Source: Bacilli bacterium (GTDB lineage: Bacteria > Bacillota_I > Bacilli_A > RF39 > UBA660). From it: a DNA stretch of 64,000 nt. The position numbers were made by a program, and so were the translations under genes. Below the pieces are notes generated by a model that was not told the origin of the DNA, made no database searches, and worked only from the letters and a program-made list of their open reading frames with translations. This document shows positions 59,708 to 64,000 of the stretch, in pieces. Every line of letters starts with the position of its first letter. Within the stretch, counting starts at the first letter, position 1. The stretch covers positions 18,177-82,176 of the forward strand of contig JBJEEB010000033.1 in NCBI GenBank assembly GCA_051872655.1. Direction: 5' to 3'.

Positions 59708-60640
59708 TTAATATTTTCTCCTTTTTAGTTCTGCCTCAAAAGAACTTGGCCATAAACATCCTTTGCAATTTTCGACATCTTTTTCTCTTTCTAAATAAAA
59801 TTCATCTAATCTCTCTTTTAAGTTGAAAATTGTAAATTCTTTATTTACATTACCAATTTTATCGCAACAACATACAAGTTTTCCATCGGAATCAATCCTT
59901 AATTCTGATAAACCATTGCATTTCCAATCTAAATTTTTGATATGCTTTTTTGAATTTTCTAAAAATTCTATAGAATTTTTAATTTTAAAACCATAATTTT
60001 TCATATCTATAATTTTATCTATTGTATCTATATAATTTCTTATATCTTCATTTGTTATGAAAGCAAATTTTTCATTATTCTTTCTATGATCAAATGTTCC
60101 CTCATTTCCCCAGTGAAATGGTAAAATATAAGTGTTAACACCTTTTTCATTCATATGTTTTATTAAATCTATTACTGAATTTACATTTTTCTTATTTAAA
60201 ACAGTATAATTTGTTATGTTAGGATTATCATAATTGCAATTTAGATATTCAATTAAATTCAAACCATTCTTTGCCTTCAATGGACTAATAGAATTTTTAA
60301 GATCTAAATTATCAATACTGACTCCTAATGAACTTAATCCATTTTCAAATAATTGTCTTACCAAGTCAAAATTGCCAAAAGCATTAGTAGTTAAATTACA
60401 AGTTAGTTTTGCTTGTTTTGATATATACTCAACAAGTTCAATTATATTTGGATATAAAGTGGGTTCACCACCTAATATAACTATTTCTCTAGCCCCCAAA
60501 TCTTTAATAATATCTACTGCCTTTTTCCATTCGCTTAAAGTTAAATCCTTACGCACAGTATTTTGAATATTGCAATACATACATTTCATATTACATTGTC
60601 TTGTTAATCTAATTCCAGCATTCACTATTTTATTATCCAT
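59708..60640 (-). CDS. radical SAM protein with SPASM/twitch-like C-terminal Cys cluster
   Basis: CNMKCMYC CX3CX2C motif. C-terminal WKCNG...LVCCCDKIG...CKGCLWP. GGAGGA RBS. Confidence 0.75.
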   Translation of the reverse strand: MDNKIVNAGIRLTRQCNMKCMYCNIQNTVRKDLTLSEWKKAVDIIKDLGAREIVILGGEPTLYPNIIELVEYISKQAKLTCNLTTNAFGNFDLVRQLFENGLSSLGVSIDNLDLKNSISPLKAKNGLNLIEYLNCNYDNPNITNYTVLNKKNVNSVIDLIKHMNEKGVNTYILPFHWGNEGTFDHRKNNEKFAFITNEDIRNYIDTIDKIIDMKNYGFKIKNSIEFLENSKKHIKNLDWKCNGLSELRIDSDGKLVCCCDKIGNVNKEFTIFNLKERLDEFYLEREKDVENCKGCLWPSSFEAELKRRKY

Positions 60641-60659
60641 TATTATTTCCTCCTAATGA

Positions 60660-61715
60660 CTAATATTTAATATTTGAATTAAATTTATCAGTTGTATCAA
60701 TACAAGATTTAAAATCATAAATAGAAGTTTCTTTGTTTACATTAATATTATTAAAATTGTATTTTTTAATAATATCCCATTCAGTAGCAATTATAATGAT
60801 TTCACATCCAGATATACATTGACTTATATCATCATAGTATTTTACTTTATCACCATAAATTTTTTTATATGAATTAACTCCCTTTGGATCATATACATTA
60901 ATTTTAGCTTTATTTTTTAGTAATTTTTTTGTTAAATATATAGAACAAGAATTTCTAATATCACCAGTATTAGCTTTAAAAGTAACTCCTAAAATAGCAA
61001 CTTTTATATTTTTTAATTTTGAAAAATCATGTTTTATAACATTAAAACATTTTTTTAATTGTAAATTGTTTATTTCTATAGTTGATTTAACTAATTACAA
61101 TGTTGAATTTTTAGACTCTGAAAATTTTAATATTGCATTAGTATCCTTCGGTAAACAAGATCCTCCATAGCCAATGCCATATTTGAAATACTTTTCTCCA
61201 ATTCTTTCATCATATTTAACTCCATTAATTACATTTCCAATATTTACACCAATAGAATTACATAAATTGCTTATCTCATTAATAAATGATATTCTCATTG
61301 CTAAATATGAATTTGCGACAAATTTAACCATTTCGGCATCTTTTGTATTCATTGCTATTATAGGAATTTCTACATTATAATATTTTTCGAATCTTTTATA
61401 CAAACTTAGAATTCTTTTCATTGATTTTTCGTTATCTGATCCTATGACAATTCTTTTAGCCCCTATAAAATCATCTATAGCAGTTTCCTGTGATAGAAAT
61501 TCAGGATTATGAACTACAGAAAAGTTTGTTTTTTTACTAATAAAATCACAAGTCCCTGGTAGAACTGTAGAGCGAATGCATATAGTTGTTAATTTATCAT
61601 GTTTAACATACTTTTTTATAGTTTGTACAGAATTCATAATTTCTGAAACATCTAAATAGTTTTTAGAATTTAAAGGTGTTCCCACACATACAAAAAGGTG
61701 TTCCCACACATACAA
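60660..61715 (-). pseudogene. ugd: UDP-glucose/GDP-mannose 6-dehydrogenase relic, 5'-truncated with an in-frame TAA
   Basis: Starts inside the FVCVGTP block, so no N-terminal Rossmann domain. GGSCLPKDT present. TAA at 61095-61097, then in frame ...KVAILGVTFKANTGDIRNS... to TAG at 60660. Confidence 0.75.
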
Positions 61716-61718
61716 AAA
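61675..61718. repeat. perfect 22-bp tandem duplication at the 5' break of the ugd relic
   Basis: ggtgttcccacacatacaaaaa occurs twice back to back. It encodes the FVCVGTP block, and the upstream copy falls out of frame. Confidence 0.9.
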
Positions 61719-61758
61719 AGCGGAGTACGAAAAACAGATGTCTGCTCATTCGTCTCCC
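61714..61758 (-). terminator. intrinsic terminator in the leader of the tailoring operon
   Basis: Minus-strand GGGAGACGAAUGAGCAGA-CAUC-UGUUUUUCGUACUCCGC followed by UUUUUU. Confidence 0.55.
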
Positions 61759-61817
61759 ATAAAGATTTCAATAATATATAGCTTCGCTTCGAGCAAACAA
61801 CTCAAGACTTGTTTGAT

Positions 61818-61846
61818 ATTATATGATAATAATTTATAAAAGTCAA
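61818..61846 (-). promoter_or_regulatory. consensus sigma-A promoter
   Basis: Minus-strand TTGACT-17 nt-TATAAT. Confidence 0.6.
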
Positions 61847-61929
61847 TACTTCTAGTAGAATGATAGTATAAAAATGTACAGAAAAGAATTTTTCTCTTGA
61901 AATTCACACTTTTTTGATATTTTTTACCA

Positions 61930-61974
61930 AAATATTAAAATCGAAAATAAGTATTCTATTTCAAATACTTATTT
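61930..61974 (-). terminator. terminator of the hybrid kinase gene
   Basis: AAATAAGTATT-N8-AATACTTATTT hairpin spanning the stop codon, followed on the minus strand by UCGAUUUUAAUAUUUU. Confidence 0.5.
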
Positions 61975-63746
61975 ATCTTTTCTATTAAATCATCTTTATC
62001 TATTGGTTTTAGTATATAGTCAGTAAATCCACTCTCTTTATATTCTTCTGTATATGGTATACTTTTATTTTTAGTAAGTAATATAACTGGGGTACTAAAG
62101 TTCTTGATATTTTTTAATTTTTTCATTACTACTTCTCCACTTATGTATGGCATTTCTTCATCTAAGAGAATTAAATTATATTTAGATCCTTTTCTTATTT
62201 TATCTAATGCTATCTTACCAGTACTTTCAGTATCTATATTAATATTACATTTACTTAATATTTTAGTAATTATTTTTATACTAGAAGGATTATCATCTAC
62301 TATTAATATTTTTTTATCATCTAAATAATTATTATATTTATCTTCTTCTTTAGATGTATCTATTTTTTGATCTAATATTATGGTAACAATAGTACCTTTA
62401 TTATATTCACTACTTATAAGTAGATTACCTCCGAGTAAATTAATTATTTTTCTTGCTCCATATAAGCTATCTTCTTTATCAGGATGTTTATTAATACATT
62501 TATCTATGTCTTCAGCTTTTATTCCAATACCAGAGTCTTCTATTTTGATTATTAATCTTGCTATATCATGTTTGAATATAGTATTTACAGATAATTCTAC
62601 AAATCCTTTTTCTGTATATTTATATGAATTATCTAGTATAGTATTTAAAACATGTTTTAGATTTATATTATCTCCATATAAACTATCAGGAAGATTACTA
62701 TCTATATTGAATCTAAAACTTATATTTTTATCACTAAATTTAGTTTTATTTTTAGTTACTATCTCTTTTAGTAATAATTTAATGTTGTATTTAGTTTTTA
62801 CTGTCCTTATATTAATATTATCTAACATATCTATATTATATATATCATTAGCCATACTATATAACTTATTATTAGAAGATATTATTTCTCTAGCAAAGAA
62901 TCTATTTTCTTCAATGTTATTACTACTTAGTATTATCTCTGATGATTTATTTATATCACTAGCAATACTTTTTATATCACTCATCATATTATATATAAGC
63001 ATACTTTTTTCTTCATTAGCAGAGTCTGCTAATTTCTTAGAAGTATGTATTTCTTCGAGTAATTTTTTATCTGGGTTTTCTATGGTAAAATACATTATTA
63101 CAGTAATGAATGTTTCCATTGAAGTGGATAACAATAATTCTGGTATTGCTTTTTGAATAATCGTAATTAGTGTACCAGATAATAAATATATATAAATAGG
63201 AAGATATTTTTTACTTTTAATATTCCTAAAGTTTTTTATTAAACACATAGACATAAGAATTATTGATATGAAACTTGCTATGTAAACTATATTGGTGGCT
63301 TTTCCATAAGAGTAAATTACGTATCCATATTCATTATACTTAAACTCTACTGGTAAAACTATTATTAACAAAGCTATTATTATATCAAGTATTAAATACA
63401 TATTTATTATTTTTTTCATATATTTCTTTAAATTATTTTTTTCTTCATTTGAAGATATTAAAAATACATATATGCCAAATATTGAACACCATACTATTAA
63501 ATATATTAAATACAATTTATTTAATATCGTATAAAATTGTAAATGACTACTTGCATATCCCGCAAAAATGGTACAAAATATTTCAAGTGCTATTCCAATA
63601 AAATTAATTATTATTATTTTAGAATACACTCTATTTTCTGGTGTTTTTATCTTATCTTTAGAAAAATATGCTATCATTAAAAGAATACTATAAAATAAAC
63701 TGGCTAACGTAAAAAATATTGTACTATTGATTTTCACACTAAACAC
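61956..63746 (-). CDS. polytopic hybrid histidine-kinase-like protein with C-terminal receiver domain (H-box His replaced)
   Basis: About 7 TM segments; HATPase N-box ILDNSYKYT and G1 EDSGIGI. REC domain (ILIVDDN...LILLDEEMP...LLTKN...ILKP). H-box position reads NMMSDIKS. Confidence 0.7.
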   Translation of the reverse strand: MFSVKINSTIFFTLASLFYSILLMIAYFSKDKIKTPENRVYSKIIIINFIGIALEIFCTIFAGYASSHLQFYTILNKLYLIYLIVWCSIFGIYVFLISSNEEKNNLKKYMKKIINMYLILDIIIALLIIVLPVEFKYNEYGYVIYSYGKATNIVYIASFISIILMSMCLIKNFRNIKSKKYLPIYIYLLSGTLITIIQKAIPELLLSTSMETFITVIMYFTIENPDKKLLEEIHTSKKLADSANEEKSMLIYNMMSDIKSIASDINKSSEIILSSNNIEENRFFAREIISSNNKLYSMANDIYNIDMLDNINIRTVKTKYNIKLLLKEIVTKNKTKFSDKNISFRFNIDSNLPDSLYGDNINLKHVLNTILDNSYKYTEKGFVELSVNTIFKHDIARLIIKIEDSGIGIKAEDIDKCINKHPDKEDSLYGARKIINLLGGNLLISSEYNKGTIVTIILDQKIDTSKEEDKYNNYLDDKKILIVDDNPSSIKIITKILSKCNINIDTESTGKIALDKIRKGSKYNLILLDEEMPYISGEVVMKKLKNIKNFSTPVILLTKNKSIPYTEEYKESGFTDYILKPIDKDDLIEKINKYLK

Positions 63747-63794
63747 CTCTTTACTCTATAGAGATTATAACATAAATAAAAAAGAAAAGAAAGT

Positions 63795-64000
63795 TTATTT
63801 TTTGCTTTCTTCTAGTTTTTTTATTCTTATTTTTTCTACTTGTTTATAATCCACTTTTCCTACTGAAGTAAGAGGTAACTCTTCTTCAAAAATAAAATCT
63901 TCTGGTTGTGAATTTGATGGTAATTTATCTTTACATAATTCTATTAATTCTTCTTTTATTTTTTTTAGTTCTTCTACTTTATCTTTTCTTGCCACTATAT
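63795..64000 (-). CDS. AMP-dependent synthetase/ligase family protein, C-terminal fragment (rest lies right of window)
   Basis: C-terminal subdomain pattern ...CKDKLPSNSQPEDFIFEEELPLTSVGKVDYKQ. Frame stays open to the window edge. Confidence 0.55.
   Translation of the reverse strand, partial: IVARKDKVEELKKIKEELIELCKDKLPSNSQPEDFIFEEELPLTSVGKVDYKQVEKIRIKKLEESKK

Noticed and set aside
61095-61097. In-frame TAA in the ugd relic as a sign of stop-codon reassignment or programmed read-through
   Set aside because: TAA, TAG and TGA terminate many well-defined genes in this window. The same gene is also 5'-truncated, so simple pseudogenisation explains it.
61719-61760. Possible group II intron domain V or mobile-element end next to the 22-bp duplication
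   Set aside because: The hairpin has roughly the right length and a bulge, but it lacks the AGC catalytic triad and the GUGYG 5' end. There is no IEP/reverse transcriptase ORF. A U6 tract directly follows it, so an intrinsic terminator is the simpler reading.
62380-63156. 258-aa plus-strand ORF (and 62104-62328) antisense to the hybrid kinase gene
   Set aside because: It is fully nested in a gene with clear HATPase and REC motifs. Its composition (Leu/Ser/Ile runs) is that of an antisense shadow ORF.

Overview
Very AT-rich window (roughly 25% GC by eye) from a low-GC Bacillota-type genome using the standard code. TGA, TAA and TAG all end ORFs, and a spoIIP homologue suggests a spore-former lineage. 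About 58 of 62 genes lie on the minus strand. Most of the window is housekeeping: truA, the ecfA1-ecfA2-ecfT module, rnhC, spoIIP, rsmE, and an hrcA-grpE-dnaK-dnaJ operon with CIRCE operators. It also holds a cysteine desulfurase, mtaB, fhs, asnB, nth, dnaD, cca, T-box-controlled thrS and helD. Envelope and accessory genes are interspersed: a class-B sortase with two [N/P]PxTG surface proteins, a collagen-like protein, and two tandem esterase paralogues. There is also a two-component system with a MacB-type ABC module, a heterodimeric ABC exporter, and an SPFH/zinc-ribbon/Tim44-like trio beside a degenerate Fic protein. The most unusual region is 51.7-61.8 kb. It is a ten-gene, translationally coupled operon with no transporter, encoding radical SAM/SPASM, PHP phosphoesterase, GT1-like, GT2, Gfo/Idh/MocA, two HprK-like P-loop proteins, an MDR-like dehydrogenase, HAD and an APH/CotS-like kinase. 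It sits behind a consensus promoter, a terminator-containing leader and a decayed UDP-glucose dehydrogenase gene, and I cannot match it to a named pathway. Other items worth follow-up: a second promoter-leader-terminator unit ahead of a nucleotidase-nucleoside phosphorylase fusion, and a twin-hairpin intergenic repeat family. Also notable are an identical 26-nt promoter/5'UTR shared by two genes, coherently degenerate EcfA ATPase sites, and a hybrid kinase lacking its phospho-acceptor His. No rRNA, tRNA, CRISPR array or transposase was recognised. All calls rest on reading the translations and sequence by eye; no database search was run.
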